A model generated the notes under the pieces. That model worked only from the letters and a program-made list of their open reading frames with translations, ran no database searches and was not told where the DNA came from. 64,000 nucleotides of DNA from Eledone cirrhosa (taxonomy: Eukaryota). The DNA lies in contig OZ024742.1 in NCBI GenBank assembly GCA_964016885.1, positions 125,860,001 through 125,924,000 on the forward strand. The letters run 5' to 3'. The first letter of the stretch is position 1, and each line of letters starts with the position of its first letter. The translations under genes were made by a program, and so were the position numbers. This document shows positions 15,310 to 26,439 of this stretch, in pieces.

Positions 15310-15930
15310 AATGGCATAAGGCGTTTCTGAGGCATTTTATGCCTGGCGGAGCCCATCCCTCTCCAGATATGAGTACTGCATATTTCGTCGAGAGAAGGAT
15401 AGAAGGTGAGAGAAAGAAAGTGAGAAAGAGATATAAAGGATGAATCGACCCCAGTATTTGACTGGTACTTTTTTATCGACCTCGAAAGGATGAAAGGTGA
15501 AGTTGATCTCGGGGGGATTTGCACTCACAGACCAGAGAGCTAAACGAATACTACAAAGCATTCTACCCGATTCTGCCAATTCACCGCCTAATTTTCTACT
15601 ATGCATGCATAGTCCCGTAATACCTGGGGGAATCTTACGGGTAGGTTTCTAGGGCATTTTATACATAGCAGTGTCCTATCCTCTCCAAGCCTGAATACAG
15701 CAGATTTCTTCCAGAGAAGAAAAGAGAGAATGAGAGAATGGAAGTTCAAAAGAGATTTAGAGGAAGAATCGATCCTAGTACCAGACTGAGAGTTTTTTTA
15801 TCGACCTCGAACGGATGAAAGGCAAAGTTGACCTCGGCACGATTTTAACTCACAGTGCAGAGAGTAGAAACGAATACGGCAAAGCATTCTATCCGAGATT
15901 CTAACGACTCAGCCAATTCGCCGCTTAATT
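15310..15930 (-). mobile_element. Two tandem SINEs with an alternative ~150 bp 3' tail (third copy at ~3975-4260)
   Basis: Same head and core as the main SINE, joined to a different tail (plus strand TTTCTAGGGCATTTTA...ACAGCAGATTTC...AGAAGGATAG). Confidence 0.72.
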
Positions 15931-16185
15931 TTCTAATATATCAAGCATTAACCCAATATATATCTTCATTGTATTGTATTCTTCTTCTATGTATATTTTC
16001 TTGTTGACTTTTCTTATATTAGAATGCGTAAATATTTGTTTCATATACTGTCATGTAGCTATCTGATTCAACATTAAATGACCATGTTAGTTAGGAAGGA
16101 AATACATGTTTCCAGTGTGTGTTCGTTCAGTTACGGTAAATAGTCTCTGTTAAGAATGATAGTTAGTAGTTTATATAATATATAG

Positions 16186-16203
16186 ATAGATAGACATACA
16201 GAC

Positions 16204-16260
<57 letters not shown>
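16186..16260. repeat. (GATA)n array at the 3' junction of the Tx1 element
   Basis: Read directly from the sequence; a few GACA variants. Confidence 0.95.
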
Positions 16261-16524
16261 TATTTCTTTTATTTGCCACTAGGGCATCAAAAGTGGGACA
16301 AGTACAAAGGGGGGAGTTTACACAAAAAGGCGTCCTCAATAAGGAGAAGGCAATAACAAAATATAAAAATAAAATAAGATATAACAAAAAATAAAATTTT
16401 TAACAAAATCCTCAATAGAGAGGAGGCGCCTTGGGGGGTCGCACACACCCCCGAAAAAAGTGTGCAACCCTTCTCCTCAGGAGCACAGAGAAGGGGTGCT
16501 CCCTTGGTCTTTTATCTTCCTCAC

Positions 16525-19500
16525 CTATAGTCTGATGTAGAGTGAAGGCCCATTCACACGGGCCATTCTCGCCACTTTCACCCATCTTTCATAGAAACGG
16601 CTGGGGTGCAGCACCTCTCTCTCCATCCTGATCCTTCTTCCGAAATGATATCGGAAGAAACGGACCAGTTGTTGGCCAGAGAGAAAGGTGCCCGACCTCA
16701 GTCCTTTCAGACGCGTCCACCATACAACCTCTTTCGCCATGGCTATTACGCACAGAAACACCGCCTCTGCTTCATCTTTGAAGGGGGGAGGCGGCTTGAT
16801 CATTACAATCGACTCGGTGGTCAACCGGATCGGTCCCACCCTTGACAGCAGTTGTTCGACATAGCCCCACAGATCGGCTACGCCCGAGCAGTGTACTAAT
16901 GCGTGTGCAACGGTTTCCTCGTCGCACACGCATCTGGGACAGATCTTTTTGGCGGGGTCCCTACCCGGGCGCCCGTGTCTGTAGAGCCTTTCTCGAACGG
17001 GTAAAGCCCCTCGGTAGCACTGCCAGGCCAGGGACTTCTGGAAGTTGTCCATAGGTCCCGGGCTGAATGTCCTACCGAACAGGCTGGCCAGTTCGTCCTC
17101 CTCCATGTCTAGGGCTTCTCCGAGGGCGTCGTCGCACCTGCTGCGTAACAGCCCTCTATAGAATGTTGCGGTGGAGTCTCCACTGATAACCGGATCCGCC
17201 TGCCAGAGGGCGGTGAGCGCCTGGGCACACTCAGTGTGCCAGGCGCCCAGTTTTCTCGGTCTTTGCTTGACCCAGGATTGCAGCTCGGTGAGTGAGACGA
17301 GTCTGGGAAAGGTTCGTCTCACAAACGAGGCCCACACCGGTTGTCCGGTGAGGAATACGTAGAGGTGCCGTAGCCTTAATGCGTGTTTACGCATCATTAG
17401 CCACGGCATCCCCAGCCCTCCTTTCGAAGGGTGTTGACAGCAGATGGATCTCCTCACCATAGGAGCCCGCCTCTTCCAAAGGAATTGGAAGAGCGCGCGC
17501 TCCATCTTGGTGAGGGTTTCCCTTGGGCAGGGCACTACGGTCAGGCGGTAGTAGATGACGGACGCTATGTAGGTGTTCGCCACCTCCGCCCGACCTTTCA
17601 GGGATAGTTTGCAACTGGCCCACTTCTGGGTCAGTGCAAACACCCTGTTCGTAACCTCCGCCCAGTTTTTCTCCACCTGGAGGTCCGGTCCGAACCAGAC
17701 CCCGAGCAACTTCACCGGGCCCTCCGTCCAGCGTCCGACGACGCTATCGGAGGGCATCGGTCTGCCCCTCCACGTGCCGAGTTGCAAACCGATCGACTTG
17801 TCCCGGTTCAGCTTAGCCCCTGTGAACTTTTCGTACTCCTCCAGTAAGGTGCCGACCGCCTCGATTTCGGAGGCCGTCGACACCATTACTGTCACGTCAT
17901 CGGCGTAGGCCGACACCGCTTTCCGCAATCCCGGTTCCAAAGGGATGCCCTGCAACAACTCCAACTTCCGCAGTAGTGGCTCGAGAGTCAACACATACAG
18001 AAGGGAGGAGAGAGGGCACCCTTGTCGGATGGACCGCTCGATTTTGAACGGCTCCGAGAGGTAGCCGTTCACCTTGACCCTAGAGCAGATGCGGCTGCTG
18101 TGCATAGCAGTGATCCAGCCCCTGAAAACGGGTCCGAAGCCTGCCGCCGCTAGCACCGCATCCAGGTAACCATGGTCGACCCTATCGAACGCCTTAGATT
18201 GATCCAAGTTGATCAGAGCCCCACCAAAGCCGGGTTCGTTCCCAACCCTCCCTATGATGTATCGCATGAGGTGGAGGTTGTCATGGATGGACCTGGACGG
18301 GATAGCGCATGTCTGCGCATCTCCCACCAGGTTGCCCACGACAAGCGCCAACCTCTTTGCTAGCACCTTGGCCAAAATCTGTAACTCTGTATTTAGCAGT
18401 GTTATGGGCCTGAAGTTACTTATTTCGTCCCCCTTGTTCTCGTCCTTCCTCACTAGCGTGACTACGCCCTTGGTCACAGTACAGGGAATTCTCCCGTTCT
18501 GTTGCCAGTTGCAGTAGACCGCCTCGAGGAGATCGGGGAACAAGTCCGGCATAGCTAGATATAATTCGTAAGGAAGACCATCGAGACCCGGGGATTTGCG
18601 TTTGCCGCTTTGGCTCAGCACGTCCTCTATCTCAGCGGCCGAAATCGGCTCCTCGCAGGACTTCGCCTCCCTGTCCGAGAGGCGCGGCAGGCCGTCGAGG
18701 TATGGACCGAAGTCCACGTTCCCAACCGGCTCCCCGCCCCTCCCGAACAGTCGGGCAAAGTGCCTTTGAAAGGCCTCACACATCTGCTTAGGCTCAAGAA
18801 TCGCCCGTCCATCCAGGTCTCGCAAAGACCGGATGGTGGATTTAGTTCCACTGTTGGCCTCTGTCACGCGGGCCCAGCTAACAGCTTTGGTCCCCTCGTT
18901 CCCTAGAGCACGTATTTTACTTCGGACAACGCAGCCTTCGTGCTTCGCGTCGAAAAACTGGCTCAACGCCGTTCTCGACGCTAGCACTCTGGCCACGTCG
19001 CCGCTTCTAATTGCCTCTTCTACTCTATCTATTAGCTCCCTTTCCTTCCTATTCCTATCCGCAGCTAGAACCTTACTAAATTCTATCGAGACTACTCTAA
19101 TCTCTCTCTTTAGAGATACCCACCACCTGCTGTTGACGATCGCTCCAGTCAACCGTTCCTTAACTAACGTACTAATCCGATTCCTGTAGGCTCTACTTGC
19201 CGACAAGGACAAGTTGAGCTTCCAGTAACCGGGGCCCTGTCTATGAGTTCTGTCAAGGTTGACCATGCAGGTCACTAATTTGTGGTCTGAATAGCCAACA
19301 ATGCGCATTTTTGGACAACTTAAAAAGTCCTTATCCTTAATTCTAACTAAGAACCTATCTAGGTACGACCTAGATGATCCGCTACGATTTGCCCAAGTCC
19401 AGGTTGGCGCAGTCGGAAAATCTAGTCGATATCTATCGGCCAGGTCAAATCGACCGATTAACCCTTTGAGGCTATTACACCCCTCTCTATCGGGGCAGGC

Positions 19501-19962
19501 CCCTACGTAGTCCCAGCGTGCATCTAGGATACCATTCCAGTCCCCCACTAATAGCAAGGAGCGGGACGTCCCTAGAAAAGTCTCCAGACGATGGAAGAAG
19601 TCCGGCCGCATTGACCCGAAAGGGCCGTAGGCGGCTACCAACCTAAACGCTCCGCCTTTACCACTGCCAAGGTCCAGAACCACTAGTCGACCCTCCGGGT
19701 CCAAATGTACCATCTGTGTTGCGAGACCCAGATGTTTTTGCAGCAGAACGACAACTCCACCCCCACCTCCGGGCTGACAGAGAGATGCGTGCATCTCAAA
19801 GTCATCAAAGGTGGGGGCCAGCTGTTGCACGTTGCTGATCCGGGCCTCGCAAATAACCATCACATCTATACGTTGTGACCTGAGGTCATTTAGAAGCATT
19901 GCTTGCTTCCAAGTTGAGCCCAGGCCACGCGCATTTAAACAGCCTACTCTTAGCATAGCCAT
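16525..19962 (-). CDS. Retrotransposon ORF2: AP endonuclease + reverse transcriptase + C-terminal CCHC finger (~1145 aa from first ATG)
   Basis: APE motifs CLNARGL, ICE, AYGP, GDWN, YLDR, SDH. RT motifs KSPGLDGLPYE, FRPITLLN, LDQSKAFDRVDH, RQGCPLS, AYADD. C-terminal CPRC-x8-H-x4-C. The open frame extends to 19986; first ATG is at 19962. Confidence 0.96.
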   Translation of the reverse strand: MAMLRVGCLNARGLGSTWKQAMLLNDLRSQRIDVMVICEARISNVQQLAPTFDDFEMHASLCQPGGGGGVVVLLQKHLGLATQMVHLDPEGRLVVLDLGSGKGGAFRLVAAYGPFGSMRPDFFHRLETFLGTSRSLLLVGDWNGILDARWDYVGACPDREGCNSLKGLIGRFDLADRYRLDFPTAPTWTWANRSGSSRSYLDRFLVRIKDKDFLSCPKMRIVGYSDHKLVTCMVNLDRTHRQGPGYWKLNLSLSASRAYRNRISTLVKERLTGAIVNSRWWVSLKREIRVVSIEFSKVLAADRNRKERELIDRVEEAIRSGDVARVLASRTALSQFFDAKHEGCVVRSKIRALGNEGTKAVSWARVTEANSGTKSTIRSLRDLDGRAILEPKQMCEAFQRHFARLFGRGGEPVGNVDFGPYLDGLPRLSDREAKSCEEPISAAEIEDVLSQSGKRKSPGLDGLPYELYLAMPDLFPDLLEAVYCNWQQNGRIPCTVTKGVVTLVRKDENKGDEISNFRPITLLNTELQILAKVLAKRLALVVGNLVGDAQTCAIPSRSIHDNLHLMRYIIGRVGNEPGFGGALINLDQSKAFDRVDHGYLDAVLAAAGFGPVFRGWITAMHSSRICSRVKVNGYLSEPFKIERSIRQGCPLSSLLYVLTLEPLLRKLELLQGIPLEPGLRKAVSAYADDVTVMVSTASEIEAVGTLLEEYEKFTGAKLNRDKSIGLQLGTWRGRPMPSDSVVGRWTEGPVKLLGVWFGPDLQVEKNWAEVTNRVFALTQKWASCKLSLKGRAEVANTYIASVIYYRLTVVPCPRETLTKMERALFQFLWKRRAPMVRRSICCQHPSKGGLGMPWLMMRKHALRLRHLYVFLTGQPVWASFVRRTFPRLVSLTELQSWVKQRPRKLGAWHTECAQALTALWQADPVISGDSTATFYRGLLRSRCDDALGEALDMEEDELASLFGRTFSPGPMDNFQKSLAWQCYRGALPVRERLYRHGRPGRDPAKKICPRCVCDEETVAHALVHCSGVADLWGYVEQLLSRVGPIRLTTESIVMIKPPPPFKDEAEAVFLCVIAMAKEVVWWTRLKGLRSGTFLSGQQLVRFFRYHFGRRIRMEREVLHPSRFYERWVKVARMARVNGPSLYIRL

Positions 19963-19986
19963 GTTGGTGGTGAAGAGAAAAGGCAC

Positions 19987-21771
19987 TTACCTCTCTGCGT
20001 CCCGGGTATCGGGCTGCACAATTTCCATTAGGGTGGGGGATGGGTTGTTGGGTGGGGTGGTGGTTTGTGGAAGTGTGGGGGCATCAGTGTGTTGTGTGGT
20101 TGGGGAGCTTGGAGTTGTGAGGGTGTTTGGGGAGGGGGTGGGATAGTTTTTTAGGAGGACGCGGTTAATGGGCCCGACGCAGGGGGGACCCACGTCCTCT
20201 TTAAAATTGTTTTTTAAAGTTTTATAGGTGTCCTGTGGGGCCTTAATCATTTTGAGGTGGGGGAAATCCCCTGCCTGGGTGAAGTTAGGCCCTTGTGTTT
20301 TTATTAGATTGTTGTTGTACACAATGTTTAACAGTTTTTTGTTTCTTGTATTTATGTATGTGTATGCATGTTTTTGTTTTTGTGTGGTGTTTTTTGTTTG
20401 CTGTTGTGAGCTCTTTTGTGTTGGTGTCAGTGTTATGTTTTGGGGAGGGTTTTTTTTCATTTGTGTGTCTGAGGTGTGTTTTCTTTTTTTTCTTTTGATT
20501 GTGTGGAAGTGCTCCTCCTCGTCTGACGACGAACTGGGGTCATCTTCTGCGTTGGAGGGGAGGGGTATATTTTCGGGTTGTGTTTGCGGTACGGGTGTTT
20601 TGGAAATTGTTTTTGTTTTTTGGGTGGAGGGGATGGGTTGGACATTGTTTTGTTTTGGTTTGAGCTGTGGTGGTTGTTTTTGTAGTGGTAGTTGTGGTGA
20701 TTGTGTTGGTTGTGCAGTTGTTGGTGGTGTAGGCAGGATTGGGGTTTTCTTATTAAGTTGGGGACAGACAGCCCTCAGGTGACCTCTGGTTCCGCAGAGG
20801 TAACACGAGGGCCGTCTACCCTCAACGGTAATGTTGATGAAGGTTAGATCATCCAGTATGACGCGTTCAGGGATCTGGGCGATCCTTTCGGGCCTCATTT
20901 GAACTACAAGTTCGAGGCTCGTTCCACTGAACGCGTCACCCGATGCCTTTCCCATGGACACCAGCATGTCATCCTCCAGGTCCAGAAAACCTGTCAAAAC
21001 CCACCATATGTCCATAATCGGCAGGATGGTGTGGATTTTTATTTTTTGTGTTCTTCTACCCATGTACGTAGGGTAGAAGGTGTATGCGGTGGATGTGATT
21101 GGTTTGATGGACAGTTTCACTGCTGTGTCCCTGTCCTTCATGAGAATGGATAGACTCCCGTAGAGTCTATCCTTCTGAATGAAGGTGATGTCCTTCATGA
21201 CGTCTTTTAAAACCAGCTCTATCTCGCTCTGTGATGGTTGAGCTGGTTTTTTACTTTTGTTCGAGATTGTCCTAAACATGACCGTGTTTAGGAGTCTCTG
21301 GCTTTTTAGTTCCGGGGGGGAATGGATTGTGAATGAACCATTTTCCCCGTACACTATATATTTTTTCGCATCCGCCAGTAGCTCCTTCGCTTTTGTTATA
21401 TCTACTGGCAGATAGTCGAGGGTTTTCCTTGTCGTCTCGGCGAAGGAGAAATTTTGTTTGTTTGTGTTGTTGTTGTCGTTGGTGGTGTTGTTGTTATCAT
21501 TGTTGTTGTTGTCACCGTTATTGGTCTTGTTGTTGTTATTGTTATTGTTATTGGTGTTGCTTTCGTCCGTCGCATTGTTGTTGTTGCTGTTGCTGCTGGT
21601 TCTTTGGGTTGTTGCCATGGCAACGTCAAGTTGTCGGTTAACAGGTGGAGAGAATTCTTCCTCTGGCTGACCTATCTTCTTGACCTCTGCTACTGTGACA
21701 GTGGCAGGGGGAAGCTGTAAGTTCATCTTCCCCTTTCCTCCTTCGAATTTTGGTGAAGAAGCTTCGGCCAT
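19987..21771 (-). CDS. Retrotransposon ORF1 (gag-like nucleic-acid-binding protein, 594 aa)
   Basis: Starts at ATG. Asn/Thr-rich N-terminal tract, CCHC zinc knuckle CYLCGTRGHLRAVC (20764-20805), Pro/Gln/Thr-rich C-terminal half with a basic KRKKRK motif. Lies immediately upstream of ORF2. Confidence 0.9.
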   Translation of the reverse strand: MAEASSPKFEGGKGKMNLQLPPATVTVAEVKKIGQPEEEFSPPVNRQLDVAMATTQRTSSNSNNNNATDESNTNNNNNNNNKTNNGDNNNNDNNNTTNDNNNTNKQNFSFAETTRKTLDYLPVDITKAKELLADAKKYIVYGENGSFTIHSPPELKSQRLLNTVMFRTISNKSKKPAQPSQSEIELVLKDVMKDITFIQKDRLYGSLSILMKDRDTAVKLSIKPITSTAYTFYPTYMGRRTQKIKIHTILPIMDIWWVLTGFLDLEDDMLVSMGKASGDAFSGTSLELVVQMRPERIAQIPERVILDDLTFINITVEGRRPSCYLCGTRGHLRAVCPQLNKKTPILPTPPTTAQPTQSPQLPLQKQPPQLKPKQNNVQPIPSTQKTKTISKTPVPQTQPENIPLPSNAEDDPSSSSDEEEHFHTIKRKKRKHTSDTQMKKNPPQNITLTPTQKSSQQQTKNTTQKQKHAYTYINTRNKKLLNIVYNNNLIKTQGPNFTQAGDFPHLKMIKAPQDTYKTLKNNFKEDVGPPCVGPINRVLLKNYPTPSPNTLTTPSSPTTQHTDAPTLPQTTTPPNNPSPTLMEIVQPDTRDAER

Positions 21772-21983
21772 TTAAAAAAATATTGACTTTTCAACAAGAA
21801 AAAAACTTTTTTTTTAACTATTTCGCCTAAAGGCGTAGAATATTTTGAGAGACTGACCAGATCAAAGTTTGACCTGGCAGTCCCTCTACAAAATGGTACA
21901 AAAATTAAAGTTATCAGACAAGAATTTCTATAGAAATTTAAACAGAACTTACTCAGCAAGTTATACGCGTGTGTCCATCCCAG

Positions 21984-22031
<48 letters not shown>

Positions 22032-22064
22032 GTTTGTATCTATCTATCTATCTATCTATCTATC
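21984..22064. repeat. (GATA)n array at the 5' junction of the Tx1 element, followed by an inverted (TATC)n array
   Basis: (AGAT)n 21984-22031, then GTTTG, then (TATC)n ~22037-22064. Confidence 0.95.
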
Positions 22065-23449
22065 AATCTATGTGTCTATGTATCTATGCACGTATGTATA
22101 TGATAGTAGATATTCCACCTGTCTGCGTTAACTTTTCATTGTAGATTGTATGCTTGTATATTATTTACAACTTCTACTAAGGGAGTTTTGATTGTTTGTC
22201 CAAACTTACCTTCAAATTCACCTTTTACATACCTCGTATATGGCATACATATTTATTTGCGGAGCGGGGTATCGATTAAATCGACCCCAATCCATTACTG
22301 GTATTTTATTTTATCGACCCCGTAAGGCTGAAAGGCAATGCTAACCTTGGCAGAATTTGAACTCAGGGCACAAAGGGACGTAACTCTATGCCACAAAGTA
22401 TGTTTTCCGACGCTCTACCGATACTCTCATTCTATCGCTCTTACCTACCTCTTATATACAACCTTCTACTAAGGGCTGTGGATTGGCAGTATCGGTAGAG
22501 GGTCGGACGCCATGCTTTGACGTATAGAGTTACGGTCCTTGCCATTCTGAGTTCAAATCCCGCCGAGGTTAACTTTGCCTTTCATCCTTACGGGGTCTAT
22601 AAAATAAAGTACCAGTAATGCACTGGGTAATTGCTGGCCTTGTGCCAAAAGTAGAAACAATTATTTACAACTTCTACATTTCATAATCTTGTCCATGAAT
22701 CTGATTATCGAAGATGTTCAAATTTTTTCTACTTGGTTGTATATAAGAGGTAGGTAAGAGCGATAGAATGGCAGTATCGGTAGAGCGTCGGAAAACATAC
22801 TTTGTGGCATATAGTTACGTCCCTTTGCGTTCTGAGTGCAAATTCTGCCAAGGTTAGCATTGCCTTTCAGCCTTACGGGGTCGATAAAATAAAATACCAG
22901 TAATGGATTGGGTCGATTTAATCGATACCCCGCTCCGCAAATAAATATGTATGCCATATACGAGGTATGTAAAAGGTGAATTTGAAGGTAAGTTTGGACA
23001 AACAATCAAAACTCCACAGATTCCTACCCTATTACTCACAGTATAGACAGAGTTCTCTGGTTTAAATTAAAATAAATATCGCTCGTCAGTTCCACCTATA
23101 TGAAAATAGGTTCCGTGTTTCAGTAATACGTGCTAGAGAACAAGAAAAGAAATCACAGTATAAGTATAGAGTATTTAACTACATCACAATACTGAGTTGA
23201 TAAGGAAAATCTGAACCTGTATCAAATAAGGAAGTAATGGATTGGCTGAAACATTAGATCGCCAGACAAAATGATTTGCGGCATTTAATTACGGTTCTTT
23301 ACATTCTGAGTTCAATTCCCGCCAAGATAAGTTTTGCCTTGTGGGTCGATAAAATAAAGTACCAATCACGTACTGGTGTCGATTTAATTTTTGGCCTAGT
23401 GCCTAAATTAGAAATCATTAAATTAAACAACGAGAAATGATTGCGTTGT

Positions 23450-23730
23450 GTGGAGACGCGTGGCCTAAAGGTAAAGCTGTTGAAATTACGATCATAATGT
23501 TGTGGGTTCGATTCCTGGGCTGGATTGTGTGTTATGTTGTTGAGGAAAACACTTCAATTCACATTGCTCCTGTATACTCAGCTGACAATGAGTACCAGCA
23601 ATAGCTGGGAATTTAAAACTGCAATGGACTGGCGCCCTATCCAAGGGGAGTCTTGTATTCTCAGTCGCAAAACGCCGCGGAAACCGGGATAAGCACCAGC
23701 CTGGTGGGCCTCCGGGATCGAGACAGATTT
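23450..23730 (+). mobile_element. Second tRNA-derived SINE family (related copy at ~13850-14140, minus)
   Basis: TGGCCTAAAGG A-box, GGTTCGATTCC B-box, shared AAAACACTTCA..TCAC.TTGCT...TACTCAGCTG body. Confidence 0.7.
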
Positions 23731-24223
23731 TTAAATCATATCAGGCTAAGAGATCCTGAAACCTACAGCATCAATAGGATACCAATTCTAAGGTGACATC
23801 GTTAACAATAACAACAACAATAGAAACAAAGACAACAACGACGTCTTATATTGATAGCACATATATGTACGTACATAGATATCAATATAGGTGTATGTTA
23901 TATTGATATAGTTTATGTACACATATACATACATATACATTACAACTTGATGTGTGTTGTGTTCAGATATTTATTGTATTTCTTCTATATAGTTATTTTA
24001 TGAACAATAGCGCCCTTTGTTACAGGTTTACATGGGACCAATCACTGGTTCACTGCTTTTAAGATGTCTGCAGTGACAGGGGGTGAGCTGTGCAGATCAT
24101 GCGGAATAAATATCACACAGGGATTTTCTTTCGAACGTATCGATCTATTAGTTTTCTTGTCGCTCTTCCGACGATGTACATGCATAAACATGTATAAATA
24201 CACATTAAAACGAAATGCATAAG

Positions 24224-24301
<78 letters not shown>

Positions 24302-24435
24302 CTAATGGCCTATATGTTCACGCATACACACACAGACTCACACATATACATATATATATATATATATATACATATATATATGAGTAATATATAGCAATAA
24401 TAATCAATGTGAAGACTAAAATATGTGTATATATA

Positions 24436-24515
<80 letters not shown>

Positions 24516-25177
24516 GAGAGAGTGAGAGAGAGAGGGTGAGAGAGAGAGAAAGAGAGAGAGAGGGAGAGAGAGAAACTATATATCGACATTATAGGAATAT
24601 ATGGATCTTTAAAGAATATATTCCAACTACGTTCGTAAACTTATACGGGGCTTGGGGACAGTAAAACGAAACTGAATAACTTTTAAGATTTTTCATAAGC
24701 CAAGAGCCTTAAGAGTGCCAGTTATTGTTGTACATTATTTCATAGTGATGATGAAAAAGGTATTTAACAGTATATGTGTGTTTTACGTTTTACGTTTTAC
24801 GTTCGTGCATTCATATCTGGACAAAACTGACAGTGCTTTTCATGTGACCGAGATCGATAAAGTAAAGATCAGTAACAATGTTCGACCTGTCTCCTCATAT
24901 TCAAACGTAATCTGTCATCCTGCACTTTCCTTCCCTAGTAAGTGCAGTCACATCAATACTATGCATTGATAGGAACCACACACGTAGACACATCAGAGGG
25001 GACAAACTTCCACCAAAGGCGTTTAGTGAATACTTTTATGTTTCTAAACGAAAACAACAAACATTGTGTGCGTGTATATATGTATATATATATATATATA
25101 TATATAAACATGGATTACATTATACTTTAGTGTTTTCATTTCCTATATTTATGCACCACGCACACACACACACTTGT

Positions 25178-25212
<35 letters not shown>

Positions 25213-25378
25213 ATATATATTTATTAAAATAACAGATTAAAGTTTAAGCAAAGAATCGCTGCTTTCACCTTTAACGGGATCTTCTGAAACTAACCTTTGC
25301 TCTACGATTCTTATATATTTGATATATATTTTCCTTATCGAGCCCTCTTTGGATTTTAGTCTTCAATTTTATTATTAT

Positions 25379-25485
<107 letters not shown>

Positions 25486-25493
25486 ATCATTCT

Positions 25494-25563
<70 letters not shown>

Positions 25564-25879
25564 AGAATGATAAAAAAAGAGTTTTGAAAAGTGCACCTGG
25601 TATATATAAAGGATCTTTGTAACATATACAAAAGTTAATGTTAATAATTGGTATTTAGCAAAGACTACTTTCTCTGTATTGGATTATCAAAACATTTGTT
25701 ATTAGATTAAATTGTTTTGTTTTGTTTTGTTTTGTTTCTCTAGTTAAAGCTTCTGCATGCTTGTATCCCTTACTTTATCAAAGACAGAAAAGACCCAAAC
25801 CAATGTAAGCTAAACTACCTGAGATCCCGCTACATCTTAGTACTTATAGTTTATATTTGAGAAAGAGGATGGAATTTCA

Positions 25880-26420
25880 AACTACGCCTTTCCTACACAC
25901 TGGGGCAACGAAGCGATCAGGGCTCTGTTTTCCCTTCTACTTACTAGAACATTAGTCGTTGTCAGGTTGACTTTACGACCCTTTGTTTCTAGGTCATGCT
26001 TCCAGGTTTGGAATGTATTCTCTAATTCTGTCATAGATTCAGCTATACGTGTAAGATCATCCGCATACATGGGGTTCCCATGGTTAGCCAGTCATAAACT
26101 CCTCTCTTATAGCCTGCAGAACCATAATAAACAGGAGAGGGCTGTGAACATAGCCCTGGTGGACGCCAGCCTGTACGCTAAATTCTTCATTATATTCATT
26201 GTTAATCCTCTTTGCTGACTGTTCCCTATGATAACTTGTACAGCCTTCCCAAGCCATTAATCTACTCCTAGTTATCTGAGAGCCCACCAAATTATGGCAC
26301 GGGGTCTCTGTCAAAAGCTTTCTCCATGTCATCAAATACCATGTAGGGAAGCTTACTTTTAGCTAGGTACTTCCCCTGTAGCTGCTTCACAATGAAGAGG
26401 ACATCCGTGGTACTTTTACC
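25880..26420 (-). pseudogene. Decayed RTE-type LINE reverse transcriptase fragment
   Basis: Frameshifted pieces FSVQAGVHQGYVHSPLLFIMVLQAI and MYADDL...LETKGRKVNLTTT. Confidence 0.8.
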
Positions 26421-26439
26421 TAGAAGTTATTAAAATCAC

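Larger units (their letters stand above)
16261..21983 (-). mobile_element. Full-length Tx1/L1-clade non-LTR retrotransposon inserted in a (GATA)n microsatellite
   Basis: Two uninterrupted ORFs (gag-like, and APE-RT-zinc finger). ~210 bp 5' UTR and ~260 bp 3' UTR with AATAAA (16268-16273, minus) running straight into (TATC)n. Same-orientation (AGAT)n arrays on both sides (~16205-16260 and 21984-22031). Confidence 0.93.

Noticed and set aside
16606-21720. Antisense and alternate-frame ORFs over the Tx1 element
   Set aside because: Expected shadows of a GC-rich or low-complexity coding sequence.
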